This document shows, piece after piece, positions 28,556 to 37,890 of a DNA stretch of 64,000 bases (positions within the stretch are counted from its first letter, which is position 1; each line of letters opens with the position of its first letter). The notes beneath the pieces are model-generated. The model saw nothing but the letters and a program-made list of their open reading frames with translations. It was not told the DNA's origin and ran no database searches. The position numbers and the translations under genes were made by a program. Origin of the DNA: Acidobacteriota bacterium (GTDB lineage Bacteria; Acidobacteriota; UBA6911; RPQK01; JAJDTT01); contig CBDCJH010000002.1 of assembly GCA_965217775.1 (NCBI GenBank), positions 1,120,001-1,184,000 on the forward strand, in the 5' to 3' direction.

Positions 28556-29308
28556 ATGGACTACGAGGCGATTGCCCGTGAATACCACGAGAACGGATTC
28601 GGGGTTGTTCCCGGCTTCTTCTCAGCAGAGGAACTCGCTGTGGTGGATCGACAACTCCGCCTGTATCTGCAGGAGTCCCTTTCCGATCTGGAAGCCGGCG
28701 AAGCCTACTTTGAGGATGGCGGCGATGGTGCGGTGCGGTGCGTTTTCAGGATCAACCAACGCTCCGGCTATTTTGCGAGCTTGATGTGGGATCCGCGTCT
28801 GATCGCGCTGGTCGAAGCGCTCTATCCCGGTGCCGCGGCGGAGGCGGATGGCGTGATGCTGATCGACAAGGCCCCCTACGCCAGCTACCGGTTCCCCTAT
28901 CATCAGGACAACGCCTACCAGTTCTGGAACCCGGCGGAGGCCGTAGCCGTCACGTTGGCGCTGGATGAGGCCGACGACCGGAACGGGACCATCGTCTGCC
29001 TGAAGGGCTCGCACCACGCTCCGATCCTGCCGCACCAGCCTTCGGGCGTCACCGGCGCAAGCCTGGGCCTGGTGGAGAAACCGGACCTCAGCCGTTTCCC
29101 TGAGGTGTCACTCGACCTGAAGCCCGGAGATCTTTCGCTCCACCACGTCAACGTGATCCATCGTACCGGACCGAATCGCACTGCTGATCACAGGCGCAAC
29201 CTCGGCTTCGCCTACCACTCTTCCCGGGCCCGGCGAGACCGGGAGGCCCACGCCCGCTACCGGGAACATCTGGGCCGGATCAACACGTCGATCGGGCAGG
29301 AGAACTGA
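28556..29308 (+). CDS. Phytanoyl-CoA dioxygenase family Fe(II)/2OG oxygenase
   Basis: YHQDNAY (HxD), NG....GSH, HH...IHRTGPN...RR. Confidence 0.88.
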   Translation: MDYEAIAREYHENGFGVVPGFFSAEELAVVDRQLRLYLQESLSDLEAGEAYFEDGGDGAVRCVFRINQRSGYFASLMWDPRLIALVEALYPGAAAEADGVMLIDKAPYASYRFPYHQDNAYQFWNPAEAVAVTLALDEADDRNGTIVCLKGSHHAPILPHQPSGVTGASLGLVEKPDLSRFPEVSLDLKPGDLSLHHVNVIHRTGPNRTADHRRNLGFAYHSSRARRDREAHARYREHLGRINTSIGQEN

Positions 29309-29397
29309 GCAGTTGTTCCTATCGGCGTGACAGCCGATCGGGATGTGGATGACTGGCAAGTCGCCCCGCCGGGCCGCCTTGATCCGCTTCGGACGCT

Positions 29398-30540
29398 GTG
29401 ACATTCTCGCAGGCCGTGGCTGAGACCTCCCCCAGCAACACATCGACGCCCCGAACTATCACCGGGGAAGTCCTGACGCGGGATCTCACTCGACTTGGGG
29501 TCCGCCGGGGGGACTGCGTCATGCTCCACAGCTCCTTGAGCAGCTTGGGGTGGGTGGACGGGGGTGCGGCGACGGTGGTGGAGGCGTTCCTGGACGCCAT
29601 GGGACCGGAGGGGACGTTGCTGACGCCGGCCTTTACGGGAGGCGCCTGGACCGAGCACATGGCCCTCCCGGACTGCCGCGACGTCTGCCCCCAGCCCTTC
29701 TGTCCCAGCCAGTGGGCCAGCCGGGAGGGAGCGATCCCGAACGCCGCCCTGCAGCGCCCCGGCCGTCTCCGAGGCTGCCATCCCACCCACTCCTGGGTCG
29801 CCAACGGGGCGCGGCGACGGGAGGCGCTACGCGGACAACGGGACTGTCCGACCCCCTGCGGCCGAGGGAATCCGTTCGAGAAGGTGGTGGAGTGGGACGG
29901 CTGCATCGTCATCCTGGGAGTCGGCGTCGACACCATCACGCTCTGGCACTACTACGAGGATCTTCTGGAGGTGGACTACCTGGGCTACTATCATCCGGAG
30001 GCGCGGCATCTCTCTTATTGCGCCACCGGAAAACGGATTCAATACGACTTCCCCGGGATCATGCAGGACGTGGTCCGGGCCTCCAGAATCATGACCACGG
30101 GAAAGGTCGGGAGAAACGAGTCGGGGTTGATCCGGGCTCGCGTCTTCCGCCGGTTCATGGCCACCATCATGGCCGACGATCCCGATTGTTTCGTGTTGAG
30201 GCCGGCGGATGCGACGAACGGCGACTTGGCCGCCGACGCACTGGCCAAGGGATCCGCCATGCTCCGGGCTTGGCGCCGGGGTCCCGTTGAATTGCCCGTG
30301 CGGATCGACCTGCCGCAAGGCTACGACGATCTGGTGCGGGAGGACTGCCCCTCGTTTGCCGGCTACCACGAGGCGGACGGCCGGCGATGGCCTCTCTGCT
30401 GGGCCAACGACCGGCATCCGGAGTTGCACCACCACGGAGGAATCTTCGATCGTCTGGGAAAGACCTGCTGTGGCCGGTGTTCCTGGCACCATCGATATCC
30501 GGAGGGATCGGCCCGGTCGGAGAACGAAGGTCAAGGTTAG
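29398..30540 (+). CDS. AAC(3)/YokD-family N-acetyltransferase with Cys-rich insertion and C-terminal extension
   Basis: LGVRRGD.VMLHSSLSSLG.V.GG, GTLLTPAF, HPTHSW, ILGV....TLWHY.E. Confidence 0.8.
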   Translation: MTFSQAVAETSPSNTSTPRTITGEVLTRDLTRLGVRRGDCVMLHSSLSSLGWVDGGAATVVEAFLDAMGPEGTLLTPAFTGGAWTEHMALPDCRDVCPQPFCPSQWASREGAIPNAALQRPGRLRGCHPTHSWVANGARRREALRGQRDCPTPCGRGNPFEKVVEWDGCIVILGVGVDTITLWHYYEDLLEVDYLGYYHPEARHLSYCATGKRIQYDFPGIMQDVVRASRIMTTGKVGRNESGLIRARVFRRFMATIMADDPDCFVLRPADATNGDLAADALAKGSAMLRAWRRGPVELPVRIDLPQGYDDLVREDCPSFAGYHEADGRRWPLCWANDRHPELHHHGGIFDRLGKTCCGRCSWHHRYPEGSARSENEGQG

Positions 30541-30550
30541 CCGGAACTTC

Positions 30551-32092
30551 TCACCGGGAGTCGAAGCGAAAGGCGAACAGGTCCGCGTCCTTCAGGACGA
30601 AGCGAAGACGCACTGGTCGTCCGGCCAGCTCGCCGACGCCCGAACCCTGCTTCCAGCGGATCTCCCGCTCCAGTTCGTCCCCGAAGTTGGGCGGGGAATC
30701 TTCCAGGGTGTAGCCCTCCAAAGGCATCCCCGCGGCGTCCTGGATCTCCACCTGAAGGCTCCCCGCCGCCGAGGTGGAGAAGTTCAGCAGCAGGCGGTCC
30801 CCCTGGAAGCGAATCGGACGAGTGATGATTTCTCCGCCCGGCATGGGTGCCGAGACCGTCACGAACCCGTCTAACCTCAGGGTGTACCGCCGCAGGTTGA
30901 GACTTTCCCCTGTCCAGTACCCCTCGGTGGCGTAGAAGGAAATCTCGTTGGGAGCTCCCTCGATGTGGCTTCGGGTCTCCACCAGACCCCAGTTCTGATT
31001 GTTGTCCCCGTAGACCCAGTTGTCGACCGGTCTCAGCCCGGGACGGATGAAGGCTTCCGGCCAGCGGTGGAAGTGGATCCGGTCGCGGCTTGCCATCAGG
31101 AGACCATCGGTGAGGCCGGTTCCGTAACGGAGGCTGACGCCGGCTCGCAGCCGGCGATGCTCCAATCCCGGGAGGGCTCTCATGGAATCGGACCATCCCC
31201 GCTCAAGGTAGCGGTTGGGAAACCCCAGCAGGATGTGAGGGGCCCGGTGGTAGGGAATGATCTGGTTGGTGTAAAGATGTTCGTCCCGGGAGCCGGGGTA
31301 GTTCAGCCAGACCGGATCGGTCCAGTTCAGAAAGTCCTGGGAAGTTCCGGTCATGACGTCCCGGATACCCTTGGTCCTCGGCTGATTCTCCGCAGTGGGC
31401 CTGAAGTCGCGATGGTATTCGCGGTACTCGTTTCTAACCGAATCCCAGAAAGCCAGGTTCTGGGAGTCGAAGTAGCCCTTGGTGATGACCGGGCGGTCCG
31501 CCATCAACTCCCAATGGATGCCGTCAGCCGACTTCCAGGCGTAGAGCCCCCATTTACGGCTCAAGGAGAAGGCCTTGTAGCGCGCATCGGACGAGGCCGC
31601 CGGGTTGGCATCCTTGAAGGGGACGAAGTTACGGATAATGTCGCCGTTTGGAAGCCGATCCATGAGGATGTTGTTCCGCTTGGACCCCTCGAACTCGACC
31701 AGACCCAATTGGGGTCGATACCAATGGATACCGTCCAGGCTCTCGGCGTAGCAGGTCACCTGCCGGCGTGGGAACTCGAGCTTCTTCCCGGTCACGAAGT
31801 GCCAGCCCCGGTAGTACATTCGATAGCGGTTTCCGTCCCGGAAGATAGTGAAGGTGAAGCAGGCATTCCCCTCCCAGGGCCGATCGGTCACCAGGGCCAC
31901 TCCCCGGGGAATCGGTCGTTGTAACTGGAGTCGAGCCTCGCCGCGGAGTTCTTCCACCAGGCTCGGTTCCACGAACAACTCCAGCCGGGAACCCACCTCC
32001 AGGACCTCCGAGTGGAGATTCCAACAGAGCATGGGAAAGAGCATTGCGAGGATCTGCAGCCTACCGGTGAGAGACGTCAAGGTCCGGTTCAT
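30551..32092 (-). CDS. Secreted beta-propeller protein, glycoside-hydrolase-like
   Basis: ELFVE, DRPWEG, CYAESLDGIHWYRP.L, FDSQNLAFWD, LRLDGFV, DADLFAFRF. Confidence 0.7.
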   Translation of the reverse strand: MNRTLTSLTGRLQILAMLFPMLCWNLHSEVLEVGSRLELFVEPSLVEELRGEARLQLQRPIPRGVALVTDRPWEGNACFTFTIFRDGNRYRMYYRGWHFVTGKKLEFPRRQVTCYAESLDGIHWYRPQLGLVEFEGSKRNNILMDRLPNGDIIRNFVPFKDANPAASSDARYKAFSLSRKWGLYAWKSADGIHWELMADRPVITKGYFDSQNLAFWDSVRNEYREYHRDFRPTAENQPRTKGIRDVMTGTSQDFLNWTDPVWLNYPGSRDEHLYTNQIIPYHRAPHILLGFPNRYLERGWSDSMRALPGLEHRRLRAGVSLRYGTGLTDGLLMASRDRIHFHRWPEAFIRPGLRPVDNWVYGDNNQNWGLVETRSHIEGAPNEISFYATEGYWTGESLNLRRYTLRLDGFVTVSAPMPGGEIITRPIRFQGDRLLLNFSTSAAGSLQVEIQDAAGMPLEGYTLEDSPPNFGDELEREIRWKQGSGVGELAGRPVRLRFVLKDADLFAFRFDSR

Positions 32093-32112
32093 TCCTGTTT
32101 CTTCCTTTCGCG

Positions 32113-33618
32113 TCAGTCCGAGGTGCGGGCCGGGAAGATCCGCGACAGCATCAGAGCCGATCCGAACGTGATCAGCGAGGAGACCGGGATCACCCACATC
32201 CAGGCCAATCGGGGGAGGCCGAAGAGCCAGTGGCCCTGGGCCCAGACCAGACCCGCCGACATTCCCGCCAGCGCCGACACCATGACCGCCCGGCCGCTGG
32301 CCGGAACCTTCAGGATGGCCAGAAACATCATGGCCCCCAGAGTGCCCACCAGGAAACTGCTGATGCGACCCGTCAGGTCGAAGAGGTTCCCCCGCTGATC
32401 GTCGGGAATGGAATCCAGAAGGAAGCAGGTGAGTATGGCTACGACTCCCGCCGCCACGGTCACGGCGCGCGCCAGGATCATCTCGGCTCGGGGACCGGCA
32501 ACCGTCCTGCGCAGGCGCCTGTAGTAGTCGGTGATGATCACGGACGAGATGGAGTTGATCCCCGAGTCCAGGCTCGACATGGCGGCGGAAAAGAGGGCGG
32601 CCACCACCAGCCCGGCCAGGCCCCGGGGGAGGACGTGGCCGATGAAGTGGGGGAAGACGCTGTCCGTATCCGCGGGGAGATGGGTCCGGTAGTAGGAGTA
32701 GAGAGCCATGCCGCACAGGCTCAGGAGGAGAGTGATGACGACGCTCGCCGTCAGGTTGCAGGCGAAGGAACGGCGGGCCGACACAGCCGAGTCGGTGCTG
32801 AGATAGCGCTGGACGGCCACCTGGTCGCCGCCCGCGGTGCAGATCCACCAGAAGAGGGTCCAGGTGATCATTCCGAACCAGCTCAACCGGACCGTCGGAT
32901 CGAGGCTGAAGAGGGGTTGAGGTTCCATCTCAGCCGCCGCCATTTCCTGGTACCAGGTGATCGGTCCGGTCCCGGCGTCGAAGGCGATGTAGCCGATGGT
33001 GAAGAGGGCGCCCCCCAGGAGGATGAAGAACTGGACCACGTCGGTCCAGATCACGGCCCGGATCCCGCCCAGGGTGGTATAGAGGGTGCCCACGGCCGCC
33101 ACCCCCAGAACCACCGTCGCGAAGGGCAGGCCGCTGATGGTGGCCAGGGCGCCGGCGGCGGTGAAGACGATGGTGCCCATCCACGCCAACCGGATCAGGA
33201 CAAAGATGGAAGCCCCGAAGAGGCGCGTCGGCAGGTCGTATTGCCGCTCCAGGCACTCGTAGGCCGAGGTGATCTTCAATTTCATCAGGAAGGGAACCAC
33301 CAGGTACCCCACCAGCACGAAGACCAGGGGATAGGAGAGGAGCTGCGAGTTCGCCCCCAGGCCGTGCTTGATGATCTCACCGGGGTGGGAGAGATAGGTG
33401 ATGGTGGAAACGATCGAAGCCAGCAGGCTTAGACCCACCGCGAACCAGGGCATGTTCCGCCCCGCCAGGAAGTATTCCTCGGTGTTGCGCTGGCGCCGGC
33501 TGAAATAGTAGCCGAGGAGGACCACGGCGGCCAGGTAAAAAAAGATCGCCGCGTAGTCGATCCCGTGAAGTCCCTCGAATCGGCTGGGTGGATCGCTCAG
33601 GGCCAGCAAGGTGCTCAT
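32113..33618 (-). CDS. Sodium:solute symporter (SSS family)
   Basis: EYFLAGR.MPW.AVGLS, GGIRAVIWTDV.Q, DQ..VQRYL, AAMSSLDSG.NS. Confidence 0.95.
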   Translation of the reverse strand: MSTLLALSDPPSRFEGLHGIDYAAIFFYLAAVVLLGYYFSRRQRNTEEYFLAGRNMPWFAVGLSLLASIVSTITYLSHPGEIIKHGLGANSQLLSYPLVFVLVGYLVVPFLMKLKITSAYECLERQYDLPTRLFGASIFVLIRLAWMGTIVFTAAGALATISGLPFATVVLGVAAVGTLYTTLGGIRAVIWTDVVQFFILLGGALFTIGYIAFDAGTGPITWYQEMAAAEMEPQPLFSLDPTVRLSWFGMITWTLFWWICTAGGDQVAVQRYLSTDSAVSARRSFACNLTASVVITLLLSLCGMALYSYYRTHLPADTDSVFPHFIGHVLPRGLAGLVVAALFSAAMSSLDSGINSISSVIITDYYRRLRRTVAGPRAEMILARAVTVAAGVVAILTCFLLDSIPDDQRGNLFDLTGRISSFLVGTLGAMMFLAILKVPASGRAVMVSALAGMSAGLVWAQGHWLFGLPRLAWMWVIPVSSLITFGSALMLSRIFPARTSD

Positions 33619-33655
33619 GGCCCGGTTCTCCGCTGAGAGCCGCGGTTGTCAGCCA

Positions 33656-34906
33656 TCAACCCGCCGTCCCGCCGTAGAGCCAGTCCCGGGTGACGATCTT
33701 GACCTTGGTGGCATGGGCGCCGTCCAGTCGTCCGGTTCCGTTTCCGTAGTCGTATCCGAAGACGACCTCGTCTCCAATGAAGGCGACCGTGGCGTAGGCG
33801 CAACGCAGAGGACCCGGCGCCCGGAAATAGCGCTTGCGGTCGCTCGGTTGCCGGTAGCCGGAACTCCGGGTCACCTTCGCCTCGTCCGGCGGAGGGACGT
33901 AGACCGTGTCGTCCAGCGACTCCAGGTTCCGGTGCAGCTTCCAGGTCCGGGCCTCGTCCCTGGAAACGGCGCACGACAGGCGGTGGCGCGAGAGGCCCAG
34001 TTCCACTTCCCGCGGCGAGGCCTGGTTCCAGACCAGCAGCAGGTCCCCGGTGGAGGGAATCCGCACCAGGGTGCAGGGCGCGTACGACGCGGCGACGCCC
34101 GTGGGTTGGGGAACGGACCACGAAACCCCCTGATCGGAGGAGAAGCTCTGGTAGAAGCGTCCCAGGGCCGTCCGTCCGTACATGAGGATGCGGCCGTCGC
34201 GGAGCTCCTCGACCACCGGTTCCTCGAAGTGGTGGGCGCCGCGCTGCATCTCCTCCAGGATCAGGACCGGTTCCGAGAGGCTGCGCTGCCAACTCCGACC
34301 ATCGTCGTCGGAGTAGACCGTCCAACTGTAGCAGAGGCCCTTTCCTCCCTGTTCAGACTCCCCGCCTGCGTACGGACTGACCCAGGCGAAGAGAGGCGCC
34401 AGAATGCGTCCCGAGCTCAGAACCCGCACGCTGCCGTTGCGGCAGACGGCGAATCGAGGTTCCAGGACGGTGGGCGTGGACCAACTCTTTCCACCGTCGT
34501 CGGACCGGCGAAAGAGGACGGTCCCGTCGCGGCCCGATCGAACGTAAGGCCCCCCGTAGACCAACCCCAGCGCACCCGAAGGCAGGCGAAACAGAGTGTG
34601 GTGGGCCGTGTTGCGTCCGGTGGGAATAGGGGCGCTGCCCTTTTCCTGCAGCGCCTCCGGCCCGGCCCACGATCTGCCGCCGTCGCTGGATGTCTGTCCC
34701 ACCAGGTGGCGGTCCTGACCGAAGAGGAGCCAGAGACGCCCGTCCTCCAGTTGGGCCAGGGTGGCTTCCTGGCTTCCGGCGCGAGAGGGTGCGATGGCGA
34801 TCCCTTCGAATCGGACCCCCGGACTCGGCTGAGAGTAAAGCTGCGCCCAAAGTCCTGCGGCGGTCCCGAGAGTCGACTTGAGGAACGTCCGGCGCGGTTC
34901 GTTCAT
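33656..34906 (-). CDS. Tat-exported sialidase-like (BNR/Asp-box) protein
   Basis: RRTFLKS signal; five S.DxGxSW-type Asp boxes. Confidence 0.85.
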   Translation of the reverse strand: MNEPRRTFLKSTLGTAAGLWAQLYSQPSPGVRFEGIAIAPSRAGSQEATLAQLEDGRLWLLFGQDRHLVGQTSSDGGRSWAGPEALQEKGSAPIPTGRNTAHHTLFRLPSGALGLVYGGPYVRSGRDGTVLFRRSDDGGKSWSTPTVLEPRFAVCRNGSVRVLSSGRILAPLFAWVSPYAGGESEQGGKGLCYSWTVYSDDDGRSWQRSLSEPVLILEEMQRGAHHFEEPVVEELRDGRILMYGRTALGRFYQSFSSDQGVSWSVPQPTGVAASYAPCTLVRIPSTGDLLLVWNQASPREVELGLSRHRLSCAVSRDEARTWKLHRNLESLDDTVYVPPPDEAKVTRSSGYRQPSDRKRYFRAPGPLRCAYATVAFIGDEVVFGYDYGNGTGRLDGAHATKVKIVTRDWLYGGTAG

Positions 34907-35328
34907 TTGTCCAGATCCTTCGGGCACATCACCAGTTCAAGTCGACCTGGGACTCTCACCACGGATGGTTTGATCTCCGTCTCCCCGAGACCCTGCGAGG
35001 CTCGCAAACGAATCCGTCCAGGTCAATATGGTCCTGCGTAGTCGGGGACATAACTATCAGCCGTGCCAAGCATAATCTGCTGACCTCGTTCAATCTGCCA
35101 ATCCCGGATGATTCCGGATCGCAAGGATGCAGGGAGGTCGACAAGGTCGCTTCTGACCACGGAACCTGCTCCCCGCAGATCGCTGAATCTTCGGTACCTT
35201 CACAAGTGGAGCGCCGGTTTGAACTGAGCTGTCCAGAGCAGTAGCTTGTTTACGACTTCCGGATGCTCTGACGGTCGTGCGTCCGAGCGCTCGAAAGCCC
35301 GATTCCGCGAGCTTCTGAGGAGAGGACG

Positions 35329-36468
35329 ATGAGAGAAATCCAACACCAGGAAACTTCTGAAGAAGCGTTTGTCGACAATCAGCGAGAAGAGGACGTAGAT
35401 GTCCTCGATGAAGCTGAAGAGGTTATTCCCTACACGAACAGTATCACGTCCTATGGCGCTGACTACCCGGTGGACTCCCTCGTAAAACGACTCGAGTCGG
35501 GCGACATCATTGTGCCGACATTTGACTGGGTTTCCGACGAAGACGCTGAAGTCGTAGGATTTCAACGCGAATATAAATGGCCGAAGCCGAAGGCAGACAA
35601 GTTCATAGAATCCCTCCTTCTGGGCCTGCCTGTTCCCGGTATTTTTCTGGTCAAGGAAGCGACGGGGCGCTTGCTGGTTCTGGATGGACACCAGCGGCTT
35701 CACACCCTCCACGCGTACTACAACGGCGTCATCAATGGAAAGGAATACCGTCTGCAAAATGTACAAAAGCGTTTCGTGGGATTGCGTTTCAGGGATCTGG
35801 ACACCGAGGACCGTCGTCGACTCGATGACAGCATCATTCACGCCACCGTCGTCAGGCAGGACGAGCCGACTCAGGACCAGAGCAGTATCTACATAATCTT
35901 CGAGCGTCTCAACACTGGAGGTGTCAACCTCCAGCCACAGGAGGTCCGTATGGCCCTCTACCACGGCGATCTGGTACGGGTGCTGAAGAGCCTCAACGAG
36001 GAAAAGTCATGGCGAAGACTGTACGGCAAGAAATCCAGACACCTGAAGGACATGGAGATGATCCTGCGATTCTTTGCTTTTTACTATCACGCCGATCGAT
36101 ATCACAGCCCGATGAAGGACTTCTTAAATCGTTGCATGGCCATGAATCGGAACCTTGAACGCCAGTCCGAGGCGGAACTGAGAGAAGTCTTCCGGAAAAC
36201 CATTTCAGTGCTGGACAGTGTCCTCGGGCACCGGGCGTTTCGACCCAAGAGGGCTGTGAACGCCGCCGTCGTGGACTCCTTGATGACGGGCGTTGCGCAA
36301 CGACTGCGACATGGTGAGATCAAGAACTCCAATCAATTTCAACACCAATACGAGTCGCTACTCTTAAATGAGGAGTACATCTCGGCGACCGAGAAAGGGA
36401 CTTCGCAAGAGGCTCGTGTCGAGGCGCGAATGAGGTTGGCGCGGGATGCCTTTGCGGATGTCACATGA
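35329..36468 (+). CDS. DUF262 (GmrS/ParB-like) domain protein
   Basis: FQREYKW, FIESLLLGLPVP, LDGHQRL, IFERLNTGG; lower GC than flanks. Confidence 0.9.
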   Translation: MREIQHQETSEEAFVDNQREEDVDVLDEAEEVIPYTNSITSYGADYPVDSLVKRLESGDIIVPTFDWVSDEDAEVVGFQREYKWPKPKADKFIESLLLGLPVPGIFLVKEATGRLLVLDGHQRLHTLHAYYNGVINGKEYRLQNVQKRFVGLRFRDLDTEDRRRLDDSIIHATVVRQDEPTQDQSSIYIIFERLNTGGVNLQPQEVRMALYHGDLVRVLKSLNEEKSWRRLYGKKSRHLKDMEMILRFFAFYYHADRYHSPMKDFLNRCMAMNRNLERQSEAELREVFRKTISVLDSVLGHRAFRPKRAVNAAVVDSLMTGVAQRLRHGEIKNSNQFQHQYESLLLNEEYISATEKGTSQEARVEARMRLARDAFADVT

Positions 36469-36521
36469 CTCGTAGAGCGAAGGTTTCCAGCATGAAGCTG
36501 CGGCGCGTTGGTCGCATTGGC

Positions 36522-37829
36522 CTACCCTTCGTTGGCACGGAGGACGCGCAGAAAGTTCCCACTCAGGATCTTGACGATCTCCTCCTCCGAGTAACCCCGT
36601 TCCAATAGGCCGCCAACGAACTCCCGGTAGAGCCACGTATAGTCTTCCCGCCTGATGTCGGTGTCGGTTCCGATGCTCACGTGGTCGATTCCAACCAGCT
36701 TCACGATGTAGTCGATGTGGTCCAGTGTGCCTTCCACGCTGGCCCCTTGGGTGATGATTCCCGACCGGGGCCGGACTTTGTGGAGGGAAGACAGAGGCTC
36801 CAGATCCAAGGTCTGGAGTGCTTCCTGCGTCTCTGCCGGGTTGCGTATGGCCGCAGCCAGCCGGAAGGGGTCCGGATAGCGTTCCAACAGATAGTTGTTG
36901 ACCTTGGCCATCGTGATCCACGCTCCCGTCTTGCGGATCGGTTCCAGGTGTTTGGGGTCGTACATGGCGCCGACGGCGATCAATCCGCCCTTTTGGGCCA
37001 GTGCCTTGATCTGATCGTCGGTGAGGTTGCGAACCGCATCGACGACACCCCGGGCCCCCGAATGGGACGCGATGACCGGTTTCTTGGAGGCCTCGATGGC
37101 CTCTTCCATCGTCCGGTCCGAGGAATGGGACAAATCCACGAGGATCCCCAGGCGGTTGCACTCCCGCACTACCTCCAGACCGAAGTCGTTCAGTCCCAGA
37201 TCGTCGTCGTCCAGGATCCCGGAGCAGGCATCGGCCCAGGAGGCGGGGAACGCATGAGCGAGCTCCAGGCGCCTGAGGCCCAGCTTGTGGTAGACGCGAA
37301 GGGTGGCCAGGTCCTCGACCACGATGCCGCTGTCCACGCCCAGCATCAGGGAGAGCTTGCCTTCCGCACGGTGACGTTCCAAGTCATTCGCGGTGCGAGC
37401 CAGCTCCACCTGGGCATGAGCAGCGGCCGTCTCGTGGACAGCGTCTATTTCCCAAAGGAAACGCTTGACGGCGTCCGCGCCGGTAAAGACGCTGTGAGCT
37501 ATGACATACCCCGGCGGAGGGGAGGTGTACCAGTAGTTACTCAGGTCTCCCACCAAGAGCGCCTCGGTGACGGTCCCCACGCCCAAAACGGCCACGTCGA
37601 TCCCATCCGCCAGCAGGGCCGCCGGATCGAAGGGGGTCTCCGGCTCCTCGGGGAAGCGGAAGAATCGCGTCGTGACCGCGGGGTCGACGACCATGTGCCG
37701 TTTGAGGATTGCGCTGAGCGGATCCGCCTCCGGGGTTTCGGGAGCGGGACCGGCACAGGCCGCGCACAATAACAGGCCGGTTAGTGCGGCTCGAAAAGGG
37801 ATGGAAAACCGGCTTCCGTCTGTATGCAT
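36522..37829 (-). CDS. Membrane dipeptidase (M19)-like lipoprotein, copy 1
   Basis: GLNDFG..VV.ECNRLGILVDLSH, PVIASHS, RNLTD, IGTD; lipobox-like LCAAC. Confidence 0.88.
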   Translation of the reverse strand: MHTDGSRFSIPFRAALTGLLLCAACAGPAPETPEADPLSAILKRHMVVDPAVTTRFFRFPEEPETPFDPAALLADGIDVAVLGVGTVTEALLVGDLSNYWYTSPPPGYVIAHSVFTGADAVKRFLWEIDAVHETAAAHAQVELARTANDLERHRAEGKLSLMLGVDSGIVVEDLATLRVYHKLGLRRLELAHAFPASWADACSGILDDDDLGLNDFGLEVVRECNRLGILVDLSHSSDRTMEEAIEASKKPVIASHSGARGVVDAVRNLTDDQIKALAQKGGLIAVGAMYDPKHLEPIRKTGAWITMAKVNNYLLERYPDPFRLAAAIRNPAETQEALQTLDLEPLSSLHKVRPRSGIITQGASVEGTLDHIDYIVKLVGIDHVSIGTDTDIRREDYTWLYREFVGGLLERGYSEEEIVKILSGNFLRVLRANEG

Positions 37830-37890
37830 GGGTAAGTCGTCTCCTTTGACTATTTATTGAGGGGGAGTGCGGCGCGGTCGTGGCATCGGC

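Noticed and set aside
29398-30540. Aminoglycoside resistance gene aac(3)
   Set aside because: Fold-level similarity only; atypical length, Cys clusters and metabolic context.
35329-36468. Complete GmrSD type IV restriction enzyme
   Set aside because: No HNH/DUF1524 nuclease domain visible.
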